64,000 bases of DNA, taken from the IMG/VR virus record IMGVR_UViG_3300027833_000013, positions 1 through 64,000 of that record. One strand, given 5' to 3'. Below the pieces are notes generated by a model. That model searched no databases and had not been told where the DNA came from. It saw only the letters and a program-made list of their open reading frames with translations. Positions 9,462-19,370 of this stretch are shown here, piece by piece (within the stretch, counting starts at the first letter, position 1; every line of letters begins with the position of its first letter). A program made the position numbers and the translations under genes. Source of the DNA: a virus.

Positions 9462-9824
9462 CTACACCACTATGTTTCTGTTTTCTGTCCTAGGGATTTG
9501 ATTATTAATTTTGTAGCCTAGTGTACTAACTTTTAATCTATTAAAGTTTAATATTTCAGCAACAATTTGACTAATTGCAACGTCTTCTAAACCTTTTAAT
9601 GTATCAAGTAATGTAAACACATTAACATCATCCAATTTTGCCTGTTGCAATAATACTGTAGCTACTCCGGCAGCACTTGCTGTATCAAACCCTCTGTTTT
9701 CAAAGAAGCCCACAACAGCGTCAACTTGATTAGCAGGGTAACTAATAGCTTCAGTAAAGTAGTTATTAAAAAACTCTTTAACTTCGTTACCGCTGTCAGG
9801 ACGTATTACATTTAATTGTGACAT
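9462..9824 (-). CDS. Hypothetical protein
   Basis: 120-aa ORF tightly packed in the operon. Confidence 0.6.
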   Translation of the reverse strand: MSQLNVIRPDSGNEVKEFFNNYFTEAISYPANQVDAVVGFFENRGFDTASAAGVATVLLQQAKLDDVNVFTLLDTLKGLEDVAISQIVAEILNFNRLKVSTLGYKINNQIPRTENRNIVV

Positions 9825-9825
9825 A

Positions 9826-10992
9826 TTAGCCTCCCAGAGCTTGTCTAATTGCTAAGGCTCTTTTTTCGCCCGGTGATAAATTTGCCTCTTGTGCGGCACG
9901 TACTTTTGTAGCATAAGATGATAAAGTTTGGTTTACTTCACCACCTACTGTTGCTGTTGAAACTTCCTGAGGCTTCGTTTTAGGGAAAGCAGTATTTCGT
10001 AAGCCACTAGTATTTTCTTTACCAATATTTGTAATTGCATTATTCAAAATACGAAATCCTTCTTGTCTTAATCCTTCTTTAGTTATTGACTTTGCATTTT
10101 TAACTGTGTTAAACGCAGTTAATGCAGTGCCAAGATTAAACTGTCCGCCTGCAATGTCTCCTAATACACTACTTATTCCGCCAGCTACTCCGCCGATGCC
10201 GAATAGACTTTCTGTGCCGCCGCCTGCTAATGATAACGGGCTAGGCGTTTGGTCATAATGCTCAGCACCAAATCCTTTAGGAGAGCCTTCTCCGGTAGCG
10301 CCTCTGCTATAAAAAATAGATTCATATGCAATAGTCATTTGATTCTGCATAGTTCCTGATGCATCTGCTTGATCTACACTATCATGTTGAAAGCCAGTTA
10401 TTAACGGATTAACTAATGTAAACCCTGTGTACTGATGACGGGCCATTTGAAAAATTGTAATCTTAGTAAAGAAAGGGTCTACAGAATCATTATCAAATCC
10501 AAAACGATAACTGTGTTCAGATGATGGACCGTATGTATTTCTTGCCTGGAAAGGTGCCGACACCCCATCAGCATAATGATTACCATCAGCATAATAGTAT
10601 CTATAGTATGCTTCCATAAGCATTGTAGTAATACCTAAGTTATCATCATGGAATGTAATGTTTACTGGATCATATTCTAAACTTGTTTGTAAGTTCTTTT
10701 TACGATTGTACATATTTTTAGTTACAGTGTTTATACTTACCTTTGGCAAGTCTGCTGACTTAACTAATAAATTAATTTCGTTTTTATGTCTTTGATCTAA
10801 TTGCGGTAAGTTCTTTGAAGCACTGGGCGATAATTCTAATACAACGTGGTAAAGAAATTTAGATTTAGGCGCAAGTCTAAAAGCATCGTCAGTATATAGT
10901 CTTGCCGCATGCTGAAAGTCTGCCATGTTGCCTTTTGGATTTGTAGTTCCAGATACTAGATTATCAAAAAAGCCGTTAAATATGTTTGCCAT
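9826..10992 (-). CDS. Tail-tube-like baseplate/tail tube initiator protein (gp54/gp19 fold)
   Basis: LLVKSADLPK..YDPVNITFHDD pattern of tube-fold proteins; follows the tube gene; late promoter and AAGGAG RBS. Confidence 0.55.
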   Translation of the reverse strand: MANIFNGFFDNLVSGTTNPKGNMADFQHAARLYTDDAFRLAPKSKFLYHVVLELSPSASKNLPQLDQRHKNEINLLVKSADLPKVSINTVTKNMYNRKKNLQTSLEYDPVNITFHDDNLGITTMLMEAYYRYYYADGNHYADGVSAPFQARNTYGPSSEHSYRFGFDNDSVDPFFTKITIFQMARHQYTGFTLVNPLITGFQHDSVDQADASGTMQNQMTIAYESIFYSRGATGEGSPKGFGAEHYDQTPSPLSLAGGGTESLFGIGGVAGGISSVLGDIAGGQFNLGTALTAFNTVKNAKSITKEGLRQEGFRILNNAITNIGKENTSGLRNTAFPKTKPQEVSTATVGGEVNQTLSSYATKVRAAQEANLSPGEKRALAIRQALGG

Positions 10993-11009
10993 ATAGATCT
11001 CCTTACTAA

Positions 11010-11017
11010 TATTTATC
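11010..11017 (-). promoter_or_regulatory. Late promoter GATAAATA
   Basis: Motif upstream of the RBS of 10992. Confidence 0.7.
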
Positions 11018-11041
11018 TATATAATAAAGTACGCAGATAAT

Positions 11042-11066
11042 AAAAAAAGGAGCCGAAGCTCCTTTT
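11042..11066 (-). terminator. Intrinsic terminator with UUCG tetraloop after the tail tube gene
   Basis: - strand AAAAGGAGC-TTCG-GCTCC-TTTTTTT. Confidence 0.9.
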
Positions 11067-11095
11067 AATAATATTAAGATGGCAACTAAGTTATA

Positions 11096-11725
11096 TTAAC
11101 CAATTCCGCCGCCGCCTGTTATTAGACTATTAAGCGTTCTACCAACATTTGTACCAATACCACCGCCTGTTGTTTGGATTGCGTTGTCGTATCTAATTGC
11201 AAGTGCAACTGTTACCGGCTCGTTAGCACTGTATGCTAATGAGTTATAGTTTGCATTTTGCACAAAGCAACCGTACAATTCAAATGTATCTAATACGTTA
11301 GGAGTGTTTGCTCCATTGCCGCCGTCTAGTACTTCAATTCTAGTTACAAACTTGTAATCAATACCCGAAGCCGCACCTGACTGCTCGAAGAAGTCAAACT
11401 GCTTTTGTAGCTGTTCGCCAACAAGTTTTTGTACATTGTTGTTTACGTCTTCGCGTAAGTTAAGTGTAATCGGTTCCCATGAGTGCTTACCTGCTAGATA
11501 TGCTCTACTGTTGTAAACTGGAATTTCTATTTCTTCAAAGTTTACTACCGGACGTGTTACGTCAATTACTTGTTTCGTTAATTCTGTTGTCGGTGTACTT
11601 ACACCAAAGTTCTCAAGTGTAACTCTAAAGCGATACTGTAATTTCGGCATCAACAAACCTTGTGTTGAAGACGAAGTATCACTAGCTAAAGGTACTGTAA
11701 TTTTTGAGAGTGTTGAAATTGCCAT
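11096..11725 (-). CDS. 19: Tail tube protein, gp19 family
   Basis: YRFRV..., GKHSWEPITLNLRED, FELYGCF...L.Y; directly follows the sheath gene. Confidence 0.85.
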   Translation of the reverse strand: MAISTLSKITVPLASDTSSSTQGLLMPKLQYRFRVTLENFGVSTPTTELTKQVIDVTRPVVNFEEIEIPVYNSRAYLAGKHSWEPITLNLREDVNNNVQKLVGEQLQKQFDFFEQSGAASGIDYKFVTRIEVLDGGNGANTPNVLDTFELYGCFVQNANYNSLAYSANEPVTVALAIRYDNAIQTTGGGIGTNVGRTLNSLITGGGGIG

Positions 11726-11746
11726 TCTATTTTCTCCTGTTGCAAG

Positions 11747-11754
11747 TATTTATC
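11747..11754 (-). promoter_or_regulatory. Late promoter GATAAATA
   Basis: Motif upstream of the AGGAG RBS of the tube gene. Confidence 0.7.
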
Positions 11755-11758
11755 TTTT

Positions 11759-11786
11759 AATGGAGGCTATTTCTAGCCCCCATTTT
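11759..11786 (-). terminator. Hairpin after the sheath gene
   Basis: - strand ATGGGGGCTA-GAAA-TAGCCTCCAT stem; no clear U tract. Confidence 0.5.
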
Positions 11787-11794
11787 CTAAGATT

Positions 11795-14700
11795 TTAAAG
11801 ACCTGCAATTTCCCCTGTATTCTTAAGTCTAAGTGGAATAAAGATGAACTCCACTGCCTTAACTGGTTCAATTGCTATATCTAAGTAAAGCTCGTTTTTA
11901 TCTATTCTACTTGCTGTGTTGTTTGATTCATCACACACAACTAGGTAGTCATATAACGCTCTTGATCCAACAAGTTCTAAGCACAAGCTCTCTGCCGCTT
12001 GCTTAATCTCGTCTCTTGTTATTTTATCGTTTGGTTCAAAAATATACGGCTTAGCAAGTTTATTAAGCTGACTGCGCATATAGATAACAAGTCTTGCAAC
12101 GTTAATTCTATCTAATGAACTAGCATTCCTTGCTCTTGTTTTCTGTCCAAATGCAACTAATCCAGCACCTGTAATAAACGTAATTGGATTAACTTTAATA
12201 CCGTAAAGTGTATCACGTTGTCCTTCGTTTAGTGCTATTGAATTAAATTCGCCTTCGTTATCAATATAACCAGTTGCTGTTGCGTTAGTAATGCCTCCTC
12301 GTCTTGTGCCTGCTGGTGCAAACCATGGATAACTAACTTGGTCACTAAGTGCAATAGTTCTTAGCATCATATGACTTGGCGGAACAACAACATTGTTACC
12401 TGCATTATCACTTGTAAAGCCCCATGGATAATAAACACCTAAGTATTCATCGTTGCTAACAAGTCCATCATCGTTGTCTTCAACTGCAAGGTTCACGTTA
12501 GTGCCCCATTCGTTAAGTGATGTTGCATCCGGAGTTAGTTTTGCTGGTGTATCACCAATAACAAATGCTGATAAGCCTCTGTCATAATTTAGTGTGATCA
12601 TTTCACCAATTAGCTCTGGATATCCAGGTGTAGCAATTACATTAAAGAGTCTTGATTCGTCATCTCTAATTGCATCATTACTGTTAAGCATTGCTTGTAG
12701 ACTTTGTACAACAACTTTACGCTGTGCACCTTGTCCGAAGCTTCCTTTGCCGTCTGCTTGGTTAGCTGATTCAGTAACCCAGCGGTGTGTGTAATAGCTT
12801 GTCATTGCTTCGTCACTGTTGAAACGCTTGTTAACTGCATTTGTGTCAACATAATTACGTACAAATTTCTTAACGTTAAATCCGCTTCTACGCAAGTTAA
12901 ACAACATCATACCTTTTGGATATAGTGCTGGGTCAGGTGCGTCTGCATCTAAGAAGTTATTTGTTAACAATTCTACAATAGTTCCTGCTACATTACTAGT
13001 AGCGCCTGATAAGCCCCAACGTGCGTCAGCATACAAAATACCGTCTTCAGTAGTTTGGTCTGCACTATCAACTGCTACCCATTTAGCCAACGCAGTACTA
13101 TACTTGTATATAGTTGGATAGTTATCTAAGTTTGCTGTTGATACCCAAATGTCACCGTTCTTAAGAGCAGTTCCATCTGATTGTCCTGTAGCCGCTGTTG
13201 GCTCAGTTGCACTTACAATTGGTCCTCCTGGACTTGTTTGATTTGCAGTATTTGCATCGTAATACGGTGCTGATGGATCTAAATAACCAACCCATGTAGT
13301 ACCGTTGTGAATCATAATGTCACATTCATCAGTAATTGAATTGTACCATAATGTACCATCAGATGCTAATGCTGTAGGAGCAGTAGTACTTGCAGTATAT
13401 GTTAATACTTGCCAATTCGAAGCAACAAATTCGTGGCCTGTATCACCTGCTGGTGCAGTGTACAAGTTAGATGTTCCAGTATTTGCATCTACATAAGCAC
13501 TAAAGCCCATTTCGTCAAACGCTGAACCAACGTGATCTTTAATTCTAAAGTCACCACCTTTTGAGTGTGTAATAACAACTCTGTTTTGTGCGTCTACTGT
13601 AGCACTAACGTTTGTTAACCCTGCCGCATTAATTGAGTTAGCAATTACTTCTGCGTCAGATGCGGCGCCAGTTGTAGTTCCTGAACAAGAAATGTCAGCT
13701 TGTAGTGCCGCATTACCAACTAATGTTTCTGCAATTTTAATTGTAAAACTTGCAGAAGACACACCTGTTGTAATTATGCCACTAGTAATAGTTGTTGCAC
13801 CTGTTGCCGCTCTTTTGTAAATTTTAAAGTCGCCAGTTTCATCTGTTGCTTCACCGTCATTTGATTTAACATAAATTGATTTTAAGCCTAAACCTGATCC
13901 ACCTAATGTTTTATCTAATCCAAACAATGCTGCCTGGTTAGTTGCATAAATTGGTGCTGAACTAGTGTCCCATAATTTAGTAGCATCATTCCATACTTTA
14001 ACTTTCCAGTTAGCGCCTGCATTTGGTTGTGTAGTCTTAACCCAAAGACTGCCTGTTGGGCGTGAATTAACATCACTTGATTTGTATGCCGGAACACTTG
14101 TATGCGGGGCAATAGTTAATGCTGGTGCATAATATGTACCTGCTATTAAGCCAGCATCAGCTAGTGCACCAGTGCCTTCTGCAAGCACAACGTTTGCGCC
14201 AGTACTAAAAATAACTACTACGTTGTCAATTGCTGCCGCTGTAATGCCAGTAATTGTTGCTGTATTAATGTCACCTACTAAAGAAGCACTAGTTGTGCCT
14301 GAAGAAGTAACAGTAGTTGAGTTAATAACTAGTGTTTCACCATTAACGATTGTTGGGTTTGCAGTACCTTGTACAGTACCATGACTTGCTTTCCAGGCTG
14401 ATGTGCCTGCTTGTACCCAAGTACCTAAATAGTTTTTGAAATAAAGTTTGTTAAGTGTAGTTGTTGCAACAATAGCGTAATCGCCAATTACTCCAACTGA
14501 GCCTTTAGGTGCTCCGCCAGTAACTTTAGTTGCATCTGTAATAACTGTTGGAACTTTATTAGTAAAGCTCTGTCCGCCTGTTACACTTGCTGCCGCTGAA
14601 TTCCATGCAAATATTCCAAATACAGTAGTTGCAGTGTCTAGCCAATATGTACCTGCTACAGGGTTAGACGTCGGAGCAACTGCTGTTGCAGTTAATGCAT

Positions 14701-15049
14701 CTAGATCAATATTTGCTCTAGCTACATACGCTCTGTTGCTTACACCTAGTAAACTGTACGCCGCTTGCAAACCATATTCATTTAGCTCGCCGCCGTGTAT
14801 TGGATTATTGTTTGTGTCTGTTTTGAAACTCGGTTCGCCGAAAGTTTCAACCAAGTCACGCTGTGATGTGATTAAGTAAGGTTTGCCTGCGTTAGCAAGC
14901 GTTGTACCTAGTGCAGTACCTGTTCCTGCGCCATTCGTTTTATCTTGGCCGGAAGCTACAAAAATCATTGGTACAGTACCGGGCTCTGCAGGTGTATAGA
15001 ACGATTCGTCTATTACCTTTACCTCAATACCTGGGGATGATAACGCCAT
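11795..15049 (-). CDS. 18: Tail sheath protein, gp18 family (enlarged, 1084 aa)
   Basis: N-terminal SPGIEVKVIDES; C-terminal PWFAPAG.RRG, RDTLY...VNPI, FGQKT, DRINVARL, FEPND, IEP.KAVEFI. Confidence 0.95.
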   Translation of the reverse strand: MALSSPGIEVKVIDESFYTPAEPGTVPMIFVASGQDKTNGAGTGTALGTTLANAGKPYLITSQRDLVETFGEPSFKTDTNNNPIHGGELNEYGLQAAYSLLGVSNRAYVARANIDLDALTATAVAPTSNPVAGTYWLDTATTVFGIFAWNSAAASVTGGQSFTNKVPTVITDATKVTGGAPKGSVGVIGDYAIVATTTLNKLYFKNYLGTWVQAGTSAWKASHGTVQGTANPTIVNGETLVINSTTVTSSGTTSASLVGDINTATITGITAAAIDNVVVIFSTGANVVLAEGTGALADAGLIAGTYYAPALTIAPHTSVPAYKSSDVNSRPTGSLWVKTTQPNAGANWKVKVWNDATKLWDTSSAPIYATNQAALFGLDKTLGGSGLGLKSIYVKSNDGEATDETGDFKIYKRAATGATTITSGIITTGVSSASFTIKIAETLVGNAALQADISCSGTTTGAASDAEVIANSINAAGLTNVSATVDAQNRVVITHSKGGDFRIKDHVGSAFDEMGFSAYVDANTGTSNLYTAPAGDTGHEFVASNWQVLTYTASTTAPTALASDGTLWYNSITDECDIMIHNGTTWVGYLDPSAPYYDANTANQTSPGGPIVSATEPTAATGQSDGTALKNGDIWVSTANLDNYPTIYKYSTALAKWVAVDSADQTTEDGILYADARWGLSGATSNVAGTIVELLTNNFLDADAPDPALYPKGMMLFNLRRSGFNVKKFVRNYVDTNAVNKRFNSDEAMTSYYTHRWVTESANQADGKGSFGQGAQRKVVVQSLQAMLNSNDAIRDDESRLFNVIATPGYPELIGEMITLNYDRGLSAFVIGDTPAKLTPDATSLNEWGTNVNLAVEDNDDGLVSNDEYLGVYYPWGFTSDNAGNNVVVPPSHMMLRTIALSDQVSYPWFAPAGTRRGGITNATATGYIDNEGEFNSIALNEGQRDTLYGIKVNPITFITGAGLVAFGQKTRARNASSLDRINVARLVIYMRSQLNKLAKPYIFEPNDKITRDEIKQAAESLCLELVGSRALYDYLVVCDESNNTASRIDKNELYLDIAIEPVKAVEFIFIPLRLKNTGEIAGL

Positions 15050-15091
15050 TTTCTTTTTCTCCTAATAAGTCTTAAAAGTGTTCATTACTAT

Positions 15092-15099
15092 TATTTATA
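15092..15099 (-). promoter_or_regulatory. Perfect T4 late promoter TATAAATA for the sheath gene
   Basis: Exact consensus upstream of the AGGAG RBS. Confidence 0.8.
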
Positions 15100-15166
15100 T
15101 GAAATTAAGAATAACACCACGAGATAGCCACATAAAAAGGGGATTAAAAGGTGAGGTAAATACAAT

Positions 15167-15502
15167 ATGAGACCTTTATGTATATGTAAACAAAGACCGG
15201 CAGCTATAAACTATAAAAAGAATGGTAAAACATATTATCGCACTAAGTGCGAGGTATGCTTACGTGGCGGAGTTCATCACGGAACTCCTAAATGGAAACA
15301 AGCAGGATATGTTAAAAAGAACACTTGTGAAAAATGTAGATACACTAGCAAACACATTGAGCAGTTTAATGTATTTCATATAGACGGAGATTTAAACAAC
15401 TCGTCGCATTTGAATTTAAAAACTGTATGTGCTAACTGTCAACGTATTATTCAGAAGACTGGTGAGAAATGGAAGCAAGGTGACTTGCTACCAGATTTTT
15501 AA
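15167..15502 (+). CDS. Small Cys-rich HNH-like zinc-finger protein
   Basis: CxC, CxxC, CxxC, HIDG..NN...NL.TVCANC; GGTAAATA 4 nt upstream of the ATG. Confidence 0.7.
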   Translation: MRPLCICKQRPAAINYKKNGKTYYRTKCEVCLRGGVHHGTPKWKQAGYVKKNTCEKCRYTSKHIEQFNVFHIDGDLNNSSHLNLKTVCANCQRIIQKTGEKWKQGDLLPDF

Positions 15503-16058
15503 GATAATCCATAGTGCTGTTGTTTTCTATAACAGCACTATGATTAATACTGCACCATTTATATTCTGACTGATGCACATCTTGCGGCTCAACTCCAATG
15601 TCTTCGTACATGCGTAACCATACAGGATCGTCGCCACGTCGAACTCTCCAGACACTTCCGCCCAAGGCATTTATCATAATACCTTCATTAGGAAATCTTA
15701 CATCTGGTATAACATAGTTTTGTGTAGGATTCTTTAAAATTTCTCGCTTAGCCATGCTTACCCATATGCCGTCAAAGAATCCTTTACGCATACAGTCAGT
15801 GCCATATTCTTGCAGTACTAGCCTTGGAGTAATAAATCGGCCGGTTTCAGCAGACCAAAACTCGTCTTTTTTCTCTCGCCAATTTCTGCTTTCGTCAGTT
15901 ATACCTTCGAGTAAATCTCGGTCCCAATCAAACATATCTGCAACTGCATCTTTAAGTTTGTCAGCAAACGACAACTTTTTAAATCCGTAATTGTCAACTA
16001 ATATATCGCCAACAGTACCTTTACCGCCACCGATTAACCCACACACTCCAATAATCAT
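15447..16058 (-). CDS. 1: Deoxynucleoside monophosphate kinase, T4 gp1 family
   Basis: IIG+CG.IG.GKGT P-loop, SFADKLK, TPR..LQ..GT+, I.DVRFPNE, H.SE. Confidence 0.9.
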   Translation of the reverse strand: MIIGVCGLIGGGKGTVGDILVDNYGFKKLSFADKLKDAVADMFDWDRDLLEGITDESRNWREKKDEFWSAETGRFITPRLVLQEYGTDCMRKGFFDGIWVSMAKREILKNPTQNYVIPDVRFPNEGIMINALGGSVWRVRRGDDPVWLRMYEDIGVEPQDVHQSEYKWCSINHSAVIENNSTMDYLKNLVASHLASISHQSSE

Positions 16059-16066
16059 ATTTCTTC

Positions 16067-16723
16067 CTATAAAGTTATTTGTTCTGATCCATATCCAATA
16101 TTACCTTTAGCAAAACAGTTAAATGCAATGCCATATCTATCTTTTTTACTATCTAAGCGATCTACTTTATGCTGTAAGTGTGACGGAAATAATAATATGT
16201 CTCCTGTTACAGGATTTGTTGTAAATTGTTGTATATTGTACTGGTTGTAGTTTTTCTTTTTATATGTTAATGGTACACTATTATGAAACAAATTAGGATA
16301 CATATATGCTTTTTCAAAAGTTATTGGAGCAGTTGTAGAATCTGCATCAATATAATATACTCCGCTAATCATTGATCCTGCATGTCCGTGACTTACAATA
16401 TCTGCGCCGCCTACTCCTGCATCAATTTTATTAATCCAACTTGCTTGTATTTCAAAATTAATATGATCTTCAATGTCTAGTACTTCGTGAGCAAAATAAT
16501 CAATAGATTGTTGTATTAATGTTTTAAGTTTTTTAAGTTTTTTATTGTGTAATATATGCATGCCTTGTTTATGTTGAGGCAAATGATCGTCTGTACCGTC
16601 GTGGCCTACTGCTTGTAAAGGATATTGTAAGTTTTTAACCCAGGCCATAGTAATAACATCAAGAGGGCCAATATTACTTTTAAATAACGGCACAGAAAAT
16701 AAAGGTATTACTTGATGATTCAT
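16067..16723 (-). CDS. Putative 2OG-Fe(II) oxygenase (TIGR02466-like)
   Basis: SW+N, HGH...ISGVYY, GD+LLFPS.L.H.V, RY.IAFN. Confidence 0.85.
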   Translation of the reverse strand: MNHQVIPLFSVPLFKSNIGPLDVITMAWVKNLQYPLQAVGHDGTDDHLPQHKQGMHILHNKKLKKLKTLIQQSIDYFAHEVLDIEDHINFEIQASWINKIDAGVGGADIVSHGHAGSMISGVYYIDADSTTAPITFEKAYMYPNLFHNSVPLTYKKKNYNQYNIQQFTTNPVTGDILLFPSHLQHKVDRLDSKKDRYGIAFNCFAKGNIGYGSEQITL

Positions 16724-17343
16724 AGTTTAATTACCGATGTGCCTTCACCTATTTCACCTCTAGCAAATAAGTTAAATGCCAAGCTGTATCGTTCCGAAGT
16801 AGTTTCGTTCTGTGTTACCATATGTTCACAATGTGACGGAAATATAAGTAAGTCTCCGGATACTGGTTTGTGTGCAATAGTGTCCATGTTATATTGATTC
16901 ATGGAATCTTCTTGAAATGGTACACGCACAGTATCGTGGAATAAGTTATAGTACAAATGCGATCTTCTAAATAATATATCGCCTGCATTTGGTTCATTTT
17001 GTATATAGTATACTGCACTTAACATTGCATTTGAATGCCAATGTAATGTATTATTTTCGCCCTTTTGATGTCGATTAATCCAGCTGTTTTGTATTTCAAA
17101 ATTAATATCTTCGTGTACCCCCATTTCATTATGTACAAAAAAGTCACACGTTTCTTTAAGTTGCTGTTTTAATTTTTTAAGTTTAGGACGTTCTAATATG
17201 TACTTATCTGCAGTATGATCATGTCCAGATGCTTCGTGCGGATATTCTAAGTTTCTAATCCATGCCATAGTAATTGGATCAGGCTTACCTATGTTTGTTT
17301 TAAAAAGTGGTACCGACCACATCGGTGTTGTTATATATTGCAT
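16720..17343 (-). CDS. Putative 2OG-Fe(II) oxygenase (TIGR02466-like), tandem paralogue
   Basis: SWIN, HWH...LSAVYY, GDLLIFPS...H.V, RYSLAFN. Confidence 0.85.
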   Translation of the reverse strand: MQYITTPMWSVPLFKTNIGKPDPITMAWIRNLEYPHEASGHDHTADKYILERPKLKKLKQQLKETCDFFVHNEMGVHEDINFEIQNSWINRHQKGENNTLHWHSNAMLSAVYYIQNEPNAGDILFRRSHLYYNLFHDTVRVPFQEDSMNQYNMDTIAHKPVSGDLLIFPSHCEHMVTQNETTSERYSLAFNLFARGEIGEGTSVIKL

Positions 17344-17349
17344 TGTTAC

Positions 17350-17378
17350 AGTATATAACTTTTCTGCGGTAATGTCAA
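17350..17378 (-). promoter_or_regulatory. Sigma70-type promoter for the oxygenase-oxygenase-dNMP kinase operon
   Basis: TTGACA (17373-17378), 17 nt, TATACT (17350-17355); ATG 6 nt downstream. Confidence 0.85.
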
Positions 17379-17396
17379 GTGGTTTTTTGGATTAAT

Positions 17397-18155
17397 TTAT
17401 CCTATAGTAAATCCGTAGCCAGTGCCGCCTGCAACAGCCATTGAAACTTCGTTTTCAAGTTTTTCCATTTCGGCTTGTGCTTCAGCTTTTAGTGTGTCAC
17501 CGTTTAGCTGTGAACCGCCTTGTGGGCCTGCAATAGTAGCAAATTTGCTTCTTGCTTCGCCTAACATAAATTTACAAGTAGCAAGGGTATAACTTTTAAT
17601 CCAATCAATTGCTAGATAATCAGCAAACAACGATTCGTCTGGACGATAGTTATAACAATATAACATTAATGTTTGTTCAGCCCGTGGGCGCTGTAATATT
17701 GTTAATTGCTTACTAACATTGTTCCAATTAAACTCGATAAAGCTACCAAACATTCTTCCTACTAATTCTTGGTATTGGCTAAACATGTCATACGTTGCAA
17801 GTCCGCCCATGTTTGAGCCTGACAACAAGTAAGTGTTAGTGTACGCTAAATTAAATGGTTCAAAAATACTGCCGCCGTCTCCGCCGCCAGATCTTGACCC
17901 TACACTTCGTTTGAATATAGTTCTAACTTCCATTACTTCCTGTGGCAATGTATATGTATTTTGATCTATAATAGTTGGCAAAAACAAGTACGACTCTTCT
18001 GCTGAATGGTCGCTTCTCTGACGATATCTAGTAAGTGCCTTTTGTAATGCCGTTTCGTAATGGATAGGATCTAATTCAACGTCTATCATTCCGCCACCTA
18101 GCATAGCATATACGTAGTCAAAAATTTCTTGTTTTTTAGTTGTTGTGTTTGCCAT
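17397..18155 (-). CDS. 13: Neck protein, gp13 family
   Basis: LGGGMIDVEL, W+K.Y.LA..K..LG....KF..I.GP.GG..LNG..L..EA. Confidence 0.85.
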   Translation of the reverse strand: MANTTTKKQEIFDYVYAMLGGGMIDVELDPIHYETALQKALTRYRQRSDHSAEESYLFLPTIIDQNTYTLPQEVMEVRTIFKRSVGSRSGGGDGGSIFEPFNLAYTNTYLLSGSNMGGLATYDMFSQYQELVGRMFGSFIEFNWNNVSKQLTILQRPRAEQTLMLYCYNYRPDESLFADYLAIDWIKSYTLATCKFMLGEARSKFATIAGPQGGSQLNGDTLKAEAQAEMEKLENEVSMAVAGGTGYGFTIG

Positions 18156-18172
18156 TTAAGTATCTCCAATAG

Positions 18173-18204
18173 TATTTATCGTTACGATCATTTAACGATA
18201 AATA
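18173..18204. promoter_or_regulatory. Back-to-back divergent late promoters (GATAAATA on - at 18173-18180 and on + at 18197-18204)
   Basis: Two copies in opposite orientation between the divergent neck genes. Confidence 0.75.
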
Positions 18205-18209
18205 TGTGT

Positions 18210-19370
18210 ATGCCAAGAATAAGTTTATATAGACCAGAAAAGGGCAAGGATTACACGTTTTTAGATAAGCAGATCCTTGAGATGTTTACAGTCGGAGGAA
18301 CTGATGTGTTCATTCACAAGTACCTTGGTCCTGCAAACACAGACACAGTTGATGCAACTGCTGACCAACCTAATTATACAGGAGGTGTTGCAACAACTAA
18401 CATACAGGACATGCTGTTTCTAGAAAACAGAGATCGAAAGTATGACACGTCTATTTACGAAATGCGTGGAATTTATAGTGTACAAGACATAGATTTTGAT
18501 TTATCACAGTTTGGGTTATTTTTGCAAAATGATACACTAATGATGACTGTGCATATTAATAGTAGTGTAAAAACTATTGGGCGAAAACTTATGTCAGGCG
18601 ATGTAGTTGAATTACCTCATCTTAAAGATGAATATGCCCTTGATGATGCAACTGTAGCACTAAAAAGATTTTATGTTATTGAAGATGTTAACAGAGCTGC
18701 CGAAGGATTTAGTCCTACTTGGTATCCGCATCTATATAGACTTAAACTAAAACAAATAGTAGACAGTCAAGAATTTAAAGAAATTTTAGATCAGCCAGCA
18801 GAAGAAGGTTCTGATACAACACTACGGGATTTATTATCAACTTACGAAACAGAAATGCAAATTAATAATGCAGTAGTTGCACAAGCCGAATCAGATGCCG
18901 CTAAGAGTGGGTTTGATATTAGTCATTATTATACATTAGCTACTAATGCTGACGGTACAGTTGCATTACAAACTGCTGACGAAACAGATTTAGATGCAAG
19001 TAGTATTAGCATCGGTGCAGATGAAATTGCTGACAGGCCGTCTAGAGATGGATATCAGGGATATTTATTAGGTACAGGCGAATCACCTAACGGTGCCGCA
19101 TTTGGACAAGGGTTAAGTTTTCCACCATCGAGAGAAGACGGCGACTATTTTTTAAGGACTGACATGATGCCAAAGCGTTTATTTAAGTATGACGGAACAC
19201 GTTGGCTTAAAGTACAAGACGATGTGCGTGTTACACTATCTAATACAAATACACGCAACACACAAAAAGGTACGTTTGTTAACAATACCGCTACAAGTCA
19301 AATTGGCGGGGAAACTGTAACAGAGCGTCAAGGCTTATCAAAAGCACTTAGACCAAAGGCGGATAACTAA
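18210..19370 (+). CDS. Neck protein, gp14-like, with C-terminal extension
   Basis: IQD+LFLENRDRKY, LSQFGLF, GDVVELP; adjacent to gp13 and gp15; probable start at ATG 18210. Confidence 0.65.
   Translation: MPRISLYRPEKGKDYTFLDKQILEMFTVGGTDVFIHKYLGPANTDTVDATADQPNYTGGVATTNIQDMLFLENRDRKYDTSIYEMRGIYSVQDIDFDLSQFGLFLQNDTLMMTVHINSSVKTIGRKLMSGDVVELPHLKDEYALDDATVALKRFYVIEDVNRAAEGFSPTWYPHLYRLKLKQIVDSQEFKEILDQPAEEGSDTTLRDLLSTYETEMQINNAVVAQAESDAAKSGFDISHYYTLATNADGTVALQTADETDLDASSISIGADEIADRPSRDGYQGYLLGTGESPNGAAFGQGLSFPPSREDGDYFLRTDMMPKRLFKYDGTRWLKVQDDVRVTLSNTNTRNTQKGTFVNNTATSQIGGETVTERQGLSKALRPKADN

Noticed and set aside
18129-18209. Longer N-termini given by the ORF track (18129, 3697, 6056, 20788, 34594, 47317)
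   Set aside because: The extensions overlap promoters, RBSs or neighbouring genes; downstream ATG/GTG starts fit better.
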